NCBI GenBank assembly: GCA_965216905.1
Contig: OZ244213.1
Location: 214,903-278,902 of the forward strand
DNA from: Acidimicrobiia bacterium
Lineage (GTDB): Bacteria > Actinomycetota > Acidimicrobiia > Spongiisociales > ZC4RG35
Reading direction: 5' to 3'
DNA length: 64,000 bases
Position 1 is the stretch's first letter. The number at the start of each line of letters is the position of its first letter. The position numbers and the translations under genes were made by a program. This document shows positions 38,682-48,041 of this stretch, one piece after another. The notes beneath the pieces were generated by a model. The model ran no database searches and was not told the DNA's origin. It saw only the letters and a list, made by a program, of their open reading frames with translations.

Positions 38682-39722
38682 TCACCGCCGGCGCCGCCGG
38701 GCCGGACGGACCCGCTGCTGATGCGCTCCCAACCGCTGCTCGATCTCGGTGCGATCGGGCCGGGCACCGACCCCGACTCCGTCGTCGAGGGCTTGCCGGA
38801 CGGCTGCGATGTGATCGGGCGTCGAGCCGCAGCACGTCCCGATGATGCGTGCACCGGCCCGAGCCGCCAACTCGACGTATGACGCCATGTCGCCGGGGCC
38901 GACCGGATACACCAGACGATCTACGTCGTACACGGGGATGCCGCAGTTGGACTTGGTGATGGTGATGGCGCCGGGATCGGTCGCGGTGATGTCGAATACC
39001 GCCGCCACGCCGTCGCCGGGTCCGATTCCACAGTTGGCGCCGACGGCCACCGGCGGGCCGCTCCGGCCTTTGAACCACTCTCCGAGTTGGGCGGCGCTGA
39101 TGCCCATCATCGTGCTCCCGGCAGTGTCGAAGCTCAGCGTGGCAGTGACGGGTGTCTCGAATCCGGCCGCCGCCTCCATGGCGGCGTTCAGCTCCTCGAA
39201 CGACGACAGCGTCTCGACCCACAGCACGTCGGCTCCGGCCTCGACACAGGCCGCCATCTGCTCGGCGAAGACCTCGACCCCGCGCTCATGGCTGAGGGTG
39301 CCGAGCGGATCGAACAACTCACCGGTGGGCCCGATACTGGCAGCCACCGCCACCGGGCGGTCGGCGTCGTCGGCCGCGGCGCGAGCGATCGCCACGGCGG
39401 CCGCATTCAGCTCGGCCACCTTGTCCTCCACTGCGTGCAACTCGAGGCGGAGGGCGTTTCCCCCGAACGTGTTGGTGAGGATGATGTCCGATCCGGCCCC
39501 GATGAAACTCCGGTGCACCTTCTCGATCAGCTCGGGCTCCGCCAGGTTGAGCAGCTCCGGACATCCGCCACCCTCCAGGCCGAGGTCGAACAGCGTCGTT
39601 CCCATGGCGCCGTCGGCGACGAGGATCCGTTCGGTCCCGAGCAACTCCTCGAATCGGTTCACCATGTCCGCATCCTCCGTTCCTGCCATCGACGAATGCG
39701 GGCCAATCGGGCGGCCGGACAT
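38682..39722 (-). CDS. Homocysteine S-methyltransferase domain protein (betaine-homocysteine methyltransferase / split MetH Hcy-binding module)
   Basis: LVADGAMGT, GSDIILTNTFG, Zn ligands GANCG and GTCCG. Start 39722, 39689 or 39665. Confidence 0.9.
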   Translation of the reverse strand: MSGRPIGPHSSMAGTEDADMVNRFEELLGTERILVADGAMGTTLFDLGLEGGGCPELLNLAEPELIEKVHRSFIGAGSDIILTNTFGGNALRLELHAVEDKVAELNAAAVAIARAAADDADRPVAVAASIGPTGELFDPLGTLSHERGVEVFAEQMAACVEAGADVLWVETLSSFEELNAAMEAAAGFETPVTATLSFDTAGSTMMGISAAQLGEWFKGRSGPPVAVGANCGIGPGDGVAAVFDITATDPGAITITKSNCGIPVYDVDRLVYPVGPGDMASYVELAARAGARIIGTCCGSTPDHIAAVRQALDDGVGVGARPDRTEIEQRLGAHQQRVRPARRRRR

Positions 39723-39771
39723 CCTGCCGTCGGACGTCGGAGCGGCGCAACCGGAGAGCGGTGCGAAGACC

Positions 39772-39826
39772 GCGCTTTAGCGGTATTTCTTGAGCGCCCG
39801 CAAGCTGTCGATCAAATCGGCGCACC
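39772..39826 (-). ncRNA. SAM-II-class riboswitch
   Basis: Minus strand reads GGUGCGCCGAUUUGAUCGACAGCUUGCGGGCGCUCAAGAAAUACCGCUAAAGCGC: P1 GCGCC/GGGCGC plus the conserved GAUUUGA, UUGC, AAAU and GCUAAA blocks, upstream of a methionine-synthesis gene. Confidence 0.8.
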
Positions 39827-39871
39827 CGCCATCGTAGTGGCGGGTACGCCGGAAGCGACTGCTTCCGACCG

Positions 39872-41071
39872 CTACACCTCCGAGGATCGGATGGCGTCAC
39901 GCCAACCGAGCTTGGTACCGAACTGGAGCAGACCCCCGGTGTACGCCCGCCCGGCGAATCGCACGAGGGCGAGGATGGCGGCCACGGTGCCGGCGATGGC
40001 AATGGCCATCTCCCACCAGGGCATGGCTCCGAAGGCTGCCCGGACCGGCGCAGCAAAGGGTGCCGTGGGAGGAAGCATCGACGTGACCCGGGCGAGAACG
40101 CTCGACGGATCGTCCAGCACCTGGATGCTGATGAAGAACCCGGCGATCGACATCACCGTGAACGGCGAGGCCACGCTCTGGGCGTCATCCAAGCGGCTCA
40201 CCAATGCCCCGGCCGCACCCATCCCCACGGCGTAGAGGGCGAAGCCGAGAACGAACCAGATCATCAGCATCGGAAGCGACGCAACCGGAACGGCCGGCAA
40301 CTCGATCGCGCCGGTGAGCCGGACGGCGGCCAGCGCGATTCCGATCGTTCCGAGGAACTGGCCGAGGCCCAAGAGGCCGATCCCCAAGATCTTGCCCGCC
40401 AGCAACTGCCACGGTTCGACCGCCGCCAACAACACCTCGACCACTCGATTCGTCTTCTCCTCGGTCACGCCGGTCAGTGTCCACGTCCCGTAGGTGAGGA
40501 TGGCCATGTACATCAGCACCAACCCGCCGAATGCGACGAAGACCCGGGCGTCGGTTTCTGCCGAGTCGCGGCCGTCCAGCGACCGGACGTCGAGCACGTC
40601 CTCGGACAGGACGGTGGCCGCCCGAGCCGCCTCACCGGTGAGGGCATCCAGGCGAACGGCCGCGGCCGAACGTTGCAGAAGCCCTTCCAGGCTGGAGGAT
40701 CCCGCCCCGGTTCCCGCCGGGGTGATCATCGCGGAGCCCTCGACGAGGACGGCGTCGACCGTTCCCTCGTCGAGCGCCGACTCGGCGGCGGCGACCGATT
40801 CGAACCGCACGGTGTCGATCTCCACACCGCCATCGCCCTCGTCCACATCCCGGTTCCCGAGCGACAGCGCCGAATCGACGATCGCTTCGTTGGCACTTCC
40901 CACCAGACCGACCGTGTACGTGGCCGTGCGCCGAGCAATCACCGTGGGAAGGGCGATGGCGGCGAGCAACAGCACCAGCGTCAGGACTGCCGAGATGACG
41001 AATGCCTTGGAGCGCAGCCGCTCCCTGATCTCACGGACCGTGATCAACCACAATGTCTCGACGCTCGTCAT
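39872..41071 (-). CDS. ABC-2 type transporter permease
   Basis: REIRERLRSK, VTEEKTNRVVEVLL, LLAGKILGI, PPTAPF. Confidence 0.9.
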   Translation of the reverse strand: MTSVETLWLITVREIRERLRSKAFVISAVLTLVLLLAAIALPTVIARRTATYTVGLVGSANEAIVDSALSLGNRDVDEGDGGVEIDTVRFESVAAAESALDEGTVDAVLVEGSAMITPAGTGAGSSSLEGLLQRSAAAVRLDALTGEAARAATVLSEDVLDVRSLDGRDSAETDARVFVAFGGLVLMYMAILTYGTWTLTGVTEEKTNRVVEVLLAAVEPWQLLAGKILGIGLLGLGQFLGTIGIALAAVRLTGAIELPAVPVASLPMLMIWFVLGFALYAVGMGAAGALVSRLDDAQSVASPFTVMSIAGFFISIQVLDDPSSVLARVTSMLPPTAPFAAPVRAAFGAMPWWEMAIAIAGTVAAILALVRFAGRAYTGGLLQFGTKLGWRDAIRSSEV

Positions 41072-41955
41072 GCGACGGCCTCCTTGAACAGGTCGGACAG
41101 CGATGGGGTCGTATATGTGAGGTGCCGGATGGAGGCCGACACCACCGGGTCGGAGACGATGCTCCCGATCGGCGCTCCCGATGGGACGACCAGCCGGTGC
41201 CGGTAGCCATCGAAGCTGGCGCTGACCACGTCCTCGAAATAGCCGAGAACCTCGGACCCGGCGGCCTCGACCTCGATCTCGACGATTCGGTTCGGTGCTC
41301 GATCCTTCAGATCCCGGACCTCGCCGGACAGCACCACCGAGCCTCGGTTGATGACGGCCACGTCCTGACAGAGATCCTCGACCAGATCGAGCTGGTGTGA
41401 GCTGAAGACGACGGCGGCACCTGCGGCCGTCCGATCACGCAAGACGTTGGCCATGGTCTCGACGCCGATCGGGTCGAGACCGTTGAACGGTTCGTCCAGG
41501 ACCAGCAGCTCCGGGTCGTGGATCAGGGCGGCGGCCAGTTGAACACGCTGCTGATTTCCATGTGACAGCGCATCGAGGATGTCTCCCGATCGATCGCCCA
41601 GTCCCAGCTCGTCGAGCAGCTCTCGGGAGGCGGCGGCAGCAGCCGCTTGCGGCATTCCGTGCAAACGGCCGAGATAGGCCAACTGATCGCCGATCTTCAT
41701 CTTGGGATACAGGCCGCGCTGCTCCGGCATGTAGCCGAATCGCAACCGCTGCGCTCGGGAGATGGGTGCCCCATCCCAGGTCACCTGCCCACCGTCCGGC
41801 CGCAGGAGACCGAAGACCGCCCGCATCGCCGTGGTCTTGCCGGCGCCGTTCGGGCCGAGGAACCCGAGAATGCGACCGCGCTCGACCCCAAAACTGCAGC
41901 CGTCAAGCGCGACGACTTCGCCGTAGCGTTTCGACAAATCCGAGATCTCCAACAC
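41068..41955 (-). CDS. ABC transporter ATP-binding protein
   Basis: GPNGAGKTT, LSHGNQQRVQL, LDEPFNGLDP. Start GTG 41955. Confidence 0.93.
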   Translation of the reverse strand: MLEISDLSKRYGEVVALDGCSFGVERGRILGFLGPNGAGKTTAMRAVFGLLRPDGGQVTWDGAPISRAQRLRFGYMPEQRGLYPKMKIGDQLAYLGRLHGMPQAAAAAASRELLDELGLGDRSGDILDALSHGNQQRVQLAAALIHDPELLVLDEPFNGLDPIGVETMANVLRDRTAAGAAVVFSSHQLDLVEDLCQDVAVINRGSVVLSGEVRDLKDRAPNRIVEIEVEAAGSEVLGYFEDVVSASFDGYRHRLVVPSGAPIGSIVSDPVVSASIRHLTYTTPSLSDLFKEAVA

Positions 41956-42089
41956 GCTTGCTCCTCTTCGCCGGTTCCTGCCGACACCGTATGGGGTTTC
42001 GGTTTGGGGGGCCTCCGCCGCCGGACGGATACCGATATCGCTCCTCCGGGGGATGGCGATTCGGCGACCGTCCCATAGGATCGACTGCC

Positions 42090-43325
42090 ATGGAGCCAGC
42101 CATGGACCCAGCCGCGCGCCGCGCACTGACCAGAGACACCCAGATGGCTGCAGCGATGTTCGTCCTCGCAGTCCTCGGTCTCGTCGTCACCTACGACGCG
42201 CTCGAAGCCCAGGACAAGCTGGCCGACGTGCCGCAAAACACCACGTCGATCGCCCTCCTGGGAATCCTCCTGGCACCGCTGGCCGTCCGGCGGCTGCGCC
42301 CGGCCGCCGTCGTGGTGTTCGTCACCGTGTTGTTCGGGCTGATCCGGATCCTCGACGTTCCCGAAGGCACGATGTCTTCGGTGGCGCTCTTCCTGGCGAT
42401 CTACACCGCCGGTGCGTGGATCGAGGACCATCGGGTCCGCGCCTGGTCTCGCGGCTTTGCCATCGCCTTCTCGACCGGCGTCCTCCTCTGGTCGATCTTG
42501 ACGAAGGGCGAGTTCGTCAACGTCGACGTTGCCCTCGCCACCATCTTCTCGGTGGCAATCAACGCGGCATTCTTCATCGCCGCCTGGATGCTGGGCGACT
42601 TGGCGCGTACTCGACGCGAGAACGAGCGGGAGTTGGCACATCGAGCCGATCAACTGGCGGCCGAGCGCGAGGAGCGGGCACGCCGAGCGGTGGTCGACGA
42701 ACGGGTGCGGATCGCCCGGGAGCTCCACGATGTCGTCGCCCACCACGTGTCGGTGATGGGCGTCCAGGCAGGGGCGGCCAGACGGGTGTTGGGGACGGAT
42801 CCGGATCGGGCTGCCACGGTGCTGGCATCGATCGAGGAATCCGGGCGTCAGGCGGTGGGCGAGCTGCACAAACTCGTCAGCTTCCTCCGATCGGGCGACG
42901 AGGTCGAACATGGCCGTCCCCAGCCACGTCTCGACGATCTCGACCGGCTGTTCGAACAGACACGGACCGCCGGTGTTGCCGTCGACCTGCGCGTCGTGGG
43001 GCGACCGCGACCGGTTCCGGCTTCGGTGGAGTTGAGCGCGTACCGAATCGTCCAAGAAGCGCTCACCAACGCGCTCAAACACGCCGGGCCGGTGCCCGCC
43101 ACCGTGGTCCTGACGTACACGCAGGGCTCGCTCGACGTCGAGGTGGTGAATCGGCGGGGCTCGGTCGATTCCGATCCGGGCGGCGGCCGGGGGCTGGTCG
43201 GCATGCGCGAACGGGCCGCAATGGTGGGTGGGACGTTCCAGTCCGGTACCACCACCGACGGCGGGTATCGGGTCAGTGCCTCGCTCCCGACCGGCACCGC
43301 CTTCGACGAGCAGGTCGGACGATGA
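42090..43325 (+). CDS. Membrane sensor histidine kinase (HisKA_3, NarX/DesK-like)
   Basis: ERVRIARELHDVVAHHVS, YRIVQEALTNALKHA, GRGLVGMRER. Confidence 0.93.
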   Translation: MEPAMDPAARRALTRDTQMAAAMFVLAVLGLVVTYDALEAQDKLADVPQNTTSIALLGILLAPLAVRRLRPAAVVVFVTVLFGLIRILDVPEGTMSSVALFLAIYTAGAWIEDHRVRAWSRGFAIAFSTGVLLWSILTKGEFVNVDVALATIFSVAINAAFFIAAWMLGDLARTRRENERELAHRADQLAAEREERARRAVVDERVRIARELHDVVAHHVSVMGVQAGAARRVLGTDPDRAATVLASIEESGRQAVGELHKLVSFLRSGDEVEHGRPQPRLDDLDRLFEQTRTAGVAVDLRVVGRPRPVPASVELSAYRIVQEALTNALKHAGPVPATVVLTYTQGSLDVEVVNRRGSVDSDPGGGRGLVGMRERAAMVGGTFQSGTTTDGGYRVSASLPTGTAFDEQVGR

Positions 43326-43978
43326 TCCGCATCGTGCTGGCCGACGACCAGCAACTGGTGCGCGGAGGGTTTCGGATGATCATCGACGCCGAACCCGACA
43401 TGACCGTCGTCGCCGAAGCCGAGGACGGTCGGGCGGCGGTCCGGCTCGCCAAGACGGAACGGCCCGACATCGTGCTCATGGACATCCAGATGCCGGACAT
43501 GGACGGACTGGAGGCAACCGCTCGAATCACCGCGATCGACGGGACCGCGCCGCGGGTGCTGATCCTCACCACGTTCGAGCATGATGACTACGTGTTCACC
43601 TCACTCCGAAACGGAGCGAGCGGTTTCCTTCTCAAGAATGCTCCTCCCGAACAGCTGGTGGAGGCGATCCGCGTCGTCGCCGCCGGCGAGTCGCTGTTGG
43701 CGCCTTCGGTCACGCGCCGGATCGTGGAGGAGTTCGCCCGCCGCCCGGCGCCGCCGGCCAACGCCCGCCAGCTGGAACGGCTCACGGAGCGCGAACTGGA
43801 AGTCCTCGTCCTGGTGGCCCGAGGACTCACCAACGCCCAGATCGCCGAGGAGCTCTTCGTCGGCGAAGCCACCGTCAAGACCCACGTGTCGAGCGTGTTG
43901 ACCAAACTCGATCTGCGAGGGCGGGTTCAGGCAGTCGTCTACGCCTACGAGAACGGATTGATTCAGCCCGGCGGATGA
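43322..43978 (+). CDS. NarL/LuxR-family response regulator
   Basis: IRIVLADDQ, VLMDIQMP, GFLLKN, LTERELEVL, TVKTHVSSVLTKL. Confidence 0.95.
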   Translation: MIRIVLADDQQLVRGGFRMIIDAEPDMTVVAEAEDGRAAVRLAKTERPDIVLMDIQMPDMDGLEATARITAIDGTAPRVLILTTFEHDDYVFTSLRNGASGFLLKNAPPEQLVEAIRVVAAGESLLAPSVTRRIVEEFARRPAPPANARQLERLTERELEVLVLVARGLTNAQIAEELFVGEATVKTHVSSVLTKLDLRGRVQAVVYAYENGLIQPGG

Positions 43979-44147
43979 CCCGCCGGGTCGGATGAGTGAC
44001 CGGGGTCGGTGGGCCCACCGTGGCGAAACCACCGATCCCGATCGCGACCGCCAACGTTCGACACCCGGTGCGTCGGGACCGCCTGATCCAACGTCCGTCT
44101 ACCGAGCTGCAGGTTTTGCTGTGCCCACGACGGGTACGACCTGAGGA

Positions 44148-45386
44148 ATGAAACACCGACACATACCCGCCCGCCCGGTCGGGCACGCCCATCTGGTCTT
44201 TCGAAGCGAGGAGGAGCTGGACCTCGTAGACGACCCGCTCGCCCGAGACCTCTCGGCGGCCGCATCCATCGGTCGATGCATATTCGTGGCATCCGATGAG
44301 GGAGCCACGATCGAGCGATTGGTGACCTCGGACGGCCGGACGTACACCGAGCACACCGACACACCGATCGCCGACTTCCTCGATCTGCCCGACGGTGCCG
44401 ACGGCGAGATGGACGTCGAAGGACTTGCAATCGACGGGGGCTATCTCTGGATCGTCGGATCACACAGCCTCAAACGTGACCAACCCGACCCGGCCGAGGA
44501 CGATCTCGATTCTGCCCTGTCCAACCTGAGCGACATCGACCGCGACCCCAACCGATGGTTTCTCGGATGTGTCCCGCTCGCCGACCGAGGCGACGGTCTC
44601 TTCGAGATGGTGAAGAAGGTGAAGTCGGAGTCGGGGACCCGCCGTGCGAGAAAGCTGCCGATGGGGTCCGACGGCTCGAACCAACTCTCGGACGCGGCGG
44701 CGAAAGACCCCCACTTCGGCCCGTTTCTCGATGTCCCGTCGAAGGAGAACGGGTTCGACATCGAAGGGCTGGCAGTGGCCGGCGACCGGGTCTTCGTGGG
44801 ATTGCGGGGACCGGTTCTCCGCGGCTGGGCGATCATTCTCGAGCTCTGTGTGAAGGCGAAGAAGAAGCGCCATCTCAAGCTCCGCAAGGTCGATGACGGA
44901 CGCTATCGGAAGCACTTCGTCGATCTGGAGGGGCTGGGCATTCGTGACCTGCTCCTCCACGGAGAGGACCTACTCATCCTGGCGGGACCGACGATGGATC
45001 TCGACGGGCCGACCAGGTTGTATCGGTGGTCGCGGCCTCTCGAGACGAAGACGACCAGCGTCACTGCCAGAGCAGTGCTCGATCTCGTGGCCGACCTCCC
45101 GTTCGGGCACGGCCACGATCACGCCGAGGCGCTCTCCATCGTCGGGGAGGACGGACACCTCCTCGTCGCCTACGACTCACCGGCGCCTGCCCGTCTCTCC
45201 GAGGACGGCACCGCGCTCACCGCCGACCTCTTCGACCTCGGCAACATGTCGACGGGTTCGCTGGACACCCGGCATGCGGGGGGTGGCTGGTACGACGTTC
45301 ATCTGTGGGGGCTCGTCGTCGATCGCGTCAAGGGAGCCGAGCGAGCCCGAGCGCGCGCCGAGGAGATCGAGTCCTTCCAGGACTGA
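44148..45386 (+). CDS. DUF3616-like protein (predicted beta-propeller)
   Basis: EMDVEGLA, GSHSLKR, SKENGFDIEGLA, GLRGPVLRGWA, LEGLGIRDL, DHAEAL patterns. Confidence 0.75.
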   Translation: MKHRHIPARPVGHAHLVFRSEEELDLVDDPLARDLSAAASIGRCIFVASDEGATIERLVTSDGRTYTEHTDTPIADFLDLPDGADGEMDVEGLAIDGGYLWIVGSHSLKRDQPDPAEDDLDSALSNLSDIDRDPNRWFLGCVPLADRGDGLFEMVKKVKSESGTRRARKLPMGSDGSNQLSDAAAKDPHFGPFLDVPSKENGFDIEGLAVAGDRVFVGLRGPVLRGWAIILELCVKAKKKRHLKLRKVDDGRYRKHFVDLEGLGIRDLLLHGEDLLILAGPTMDLDGPTRLYRWSRPLETKTTSVTARAVLDLVADLPFGHGHDHAEALSIVGEDGHLLVAYDSPAPARLSEDGTALTADLFDLGNMSTGSLDTRHAGGGWYDVHLWGLVVDRVKGAERARARAEEIESFQD

Positions 45387-45407
45387 GATACCGGGCGGTC
45401 CGACCGG

Positions 45408-45692
45408 TCAGCCTCTGACTTCGACCCCGTTCCAGAACGCAACGTGGTCCTTGATCTCGGCGGCCTTGGGTTTGGGATCGCGATACGTCCAGGCGGCGGC
45501 CGGGTTCGTCTCTCCGTCGACGGTGAGGTCGAAGTAGCTGGCCGTGCCTTTCCAGGGGCACACCGTCGTTCGGTCGACAGGTACCAGTACCTCTGGCTTC
45601 ACCGAATCCATCGGGAAGTAGTGATTCCCCTCCACCATCACGGTGTCGTCGCTCGATGCGATCACGGTGCCGTTCCATGTCGCCGTCGCCAT
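45408..45692 (-). CDS. DUF427 family protein
   Basis: VEGNHYFP, TVCPWKGTASY, AAWTYRDPK, HVAFW. Confidence 0.9.
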   Translation of the reverse strand: MATATWNGTVIASSDDTVMVEGNHYFPMDSVKPEVLVPVDRTTVCPWKGTASYFDLTVDGETNPAAAWTYRDPKPKAAEIKDHVAFWNGVEVRG

Positions 45693-45924
45693 GCTCCTCC
45701 TTCGGGTCGATACTCTGCCAACAACCATCCGACGTCGGTCGGGATTCCGTACTCCCCCCGTTGATCTCGCCCGGCGATTTGGCGTCACGACCACCTGCCT
45801 TCCGCTACATTCCGCGATACGGGACGATCCCGCATGATGGAATTGGACGCCACGCCCGGATTGGACCGGACGGCCGACCATTTCCGATCGCCGACGACGC
45901 ACACCAGCCAACGCCGGGACGACG

Positions 45925-47964
45925 ATGGCAGCAGACCCGCTCCTGCAACCGCTCCAGCTCCGCCACCTCACGCTCCGCAACCGGATCATGAGCTCGGCCC
46001 ACGAACCGGCGTACGCCGACGACGGTCATCCAGGACCCCGATACCAGGCGTACCACGAGGAGAAGGCCCGAGGTGGCCTGGCGCTCACCATGATCGGCGG
46101 CTCCACCAACGTTGCGCCGGACTCGCCGTCGGTGTTCGGACAGCTCTACGCCGGCGACGACTCGATCATCCCCCACTACCAGCGACTGTCGGACCGGGTT
46201 CACGCTCATGGAGCGGCGGTCATGTGCCAGCTGACCCACATGGGTCGACGGACGGTCTGGGACGACGGACACTGGCTGCCCACGATTGCTCCATCGTCGG
46301 TTCGGGAGCAAGCCCACCGGAGCTTCCCCAAGGAGATGGAGGAAGCCGACATCCGCCGAGTGGTGGCGTCCTTCGCCGATGCCGCCGCCCGCTGCAAGGA
46401 GGGAGGTCTCGACGGCGTGGAGCTGATCGCATACGGCCACCTCATCGACCAGTTCTGGACACCGCTGGTGAACCGTCGAAGCGATCGGTATGGAGGCAGT
46501 CTCGAGAACCGGATGCGGTTCAGCATGGAGGTCCTCGAAGCGGTGCGAGACCGGGTCGGGGACGACTACATCGTCGGTATCCGGATGTCGGGCACCGAGG
46601 ACACCGACGGAGGGCTCACGCTGGACGATTGCCGGGCGATCGCCCAGGGTCTCGTCGCCACCGGGATGCTCGACTTCGTGAACATCATCAAGGGGTACAT
46701 CGCCTCGGATGAAGCCATCTCGAAGGTCATCCCGGTCTATGGCACACCGTTGGGAGCTCATCTCCCGGTGGCCGCCGCCATCAAGGAAGTCGTCGACGTG
46801 CCGGTGTTCCACGCCGCCCGGATCACCGACCTTCCGACGGCACGACATGCCATCGAGGCCGGTCTGATCGACATGGTCGGCATGACCCGCGCCCACATGG
46901 CGGATCCGCACATCGTCGCCAAACTCGAACGTGGCGAACCGGAGCGAATCCGCCCCTGCGTCGGTGCCTCCTACTGCATCAACCGGCTCTACCTGGGGCT
47001 CGACGCGCTGTGCGTCCACAACCCTGCGACCGGGAGGGAGATGACCATTCCCCACACCCTGGAGTCCGCCACCGAGTCGAAGCGAGTCGTCGTGGTCGGT
47101 GGCGGTCCCGCCGGTCTGGAGGCCGCCCGCGCCGCCGCCGAACGAGGCCACGACGTCACGCTGTTGGAGGCGGCCGACCGGCTCGGCGGGCAGGTGTTGT
47201 TGGCGGCCCGAGCCACCTCCCGCCGTCAGGAGCTGATCGGCATCGTCGATTGGCTGGCCTCGGAGGTGACGACGCTCGGTGTCGACGTGCGACTGAACAG
47301 CCTCGCGGACGGCAACGACGTCCGGGCGCTCGAACCCGAAGCCGTCTTCGTCGCGACCGGCGGCTGGCCGCGGGTGCCCGAGATGGAGGCCGGCGAAGAC
47401 CTGGTGGTCTCGACCTGGGATGTGATCGCCGGTCAGGTTCCCGTCGGTGGCAGTGTGCTGCTCTACGACGATCACGGAAACGAGCAGGCAATGTCCTGTG
47501 CGGAACGGCTGATCGATCTCGGCGTCGAGCTGGAGATCGCCACCCCGGACCGCCTCATCGGCCACGAGGTGAACGGCACCGCCTACCCCGCCTATCTTCG
47601 CCGGTTCTACGAGGCCGGCATCGTCCAGACGCCGGACCACCATCTCCGGTCGGTGGAGCGTCGCGCCGGAAGGCTGGTCGCCCTCCTCCGCAACGACTAC
47701 ACCCGTCAGGACACGGAGCGCAAGGTCGACCATGTCGTCGTGCAGCACGGTACCGACCCGATCGACGACGTCTTCCACCAACTGGTCGACGATTCCGTCA
47801 ACCTCGGGGAGATCGACATCGACGCGCTCATCGACGGGCGGCCACAAGAGCTCGTCCGCAATCCCGGTGGCTCGTTCCGTCTGTTCCGGATCGGCGATGC
47901 GGTCGCCGCCCGGAACATCCACGCAGCCATCTACGACGCTCGACGGCTGTGCCGAGACCTCTGA
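45925..47964 (+). CDS. NADH:flavin oxidoreductase, StcD/HpbA-like (putative N-methylproline demethylase family)
   Basis: LRNRIMSSAHEPAY, YHEEKARGGLALTMIGG, THMGRRT, RPCVGASYC...CVHNPATGRE, VVGGGPAGLE. Confidence 0.85.
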   Translation: MAADPLLQPLQLRHLTLRNRIMSSAHEPAYADDGHPGPRYQAYHEEKARGGLALTMIGGSTNVAPDSPSVFGQLYAGDDSIIPHYQRLSDRVHAHGAAVMCQLTHMGRRTVWDDGHWLPTIAPSSVREQAHRSFPKEMEEADIRRVVASFADAAARCKEGGLDGVELIAYGHLIDQFWTPLVNRRSDRYGGSLENRMRFSMEVLEAVRDRVGDDYIVGIRMSGTEDTDGGLTLDDCRAIAQGLVATGMLDFVNIIKGYIASDEAISKVIPVYGTPLGAHLPVAAAIKEVVDVPVFHAARITDLPTARHAIEAGLIDMVGMTRAHMADPHIVAKLERGEPERIRPCVGASYCINRLYLGLDALCVHNPATGREMTIPHTLESATESKRVVVVGGGPAGLEAARAAAERGHDVTLLEAADRLGGQVLLAARATSRRQELIGIVDWLASEVTTLGVDVRLNSLADGNDVRALEPEAVFVATGGWPRVPEMEAGEDLVVSTWDVIAGQVPVGGSVLLYDDHGNEQAMSCAERLIDLGVELEIATPDRLIGHEVNGTAYPAYLRRFYEAGIVQTPDHHLRSVERRAGRLVALLRNDYTRQDTERKVDHVVVQHGTDPIDDVFHQLVDDSVNLGEIDIDALIDGRPQELVRNPGGSFRLFRIGDAVAARNIHAAIYDARRLCRDL

Positions 47965-48041
47965 CCATCCGGCGGCGTCGAGCCGGAGCACCGCCCGCGC
48001 CGTCCTCTCGTGCTCTGGAGCGCCGCGCCACCGCTCGTGAG

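Noticed and set aside
39872-43978. ABC-2 transporter plus divergent two-component system as a novel system
   Set aside because: This is a common actinobacterial envelope-stress/efflux module with nothing distinctive in sequence.
43969-44040. Hairpins after the NarL-type regulator as a structured ncRNA
   Set aside because: Short GC-rich stems next to a stop codon fit a terminator or REP; no RNA-family signature was recognised.
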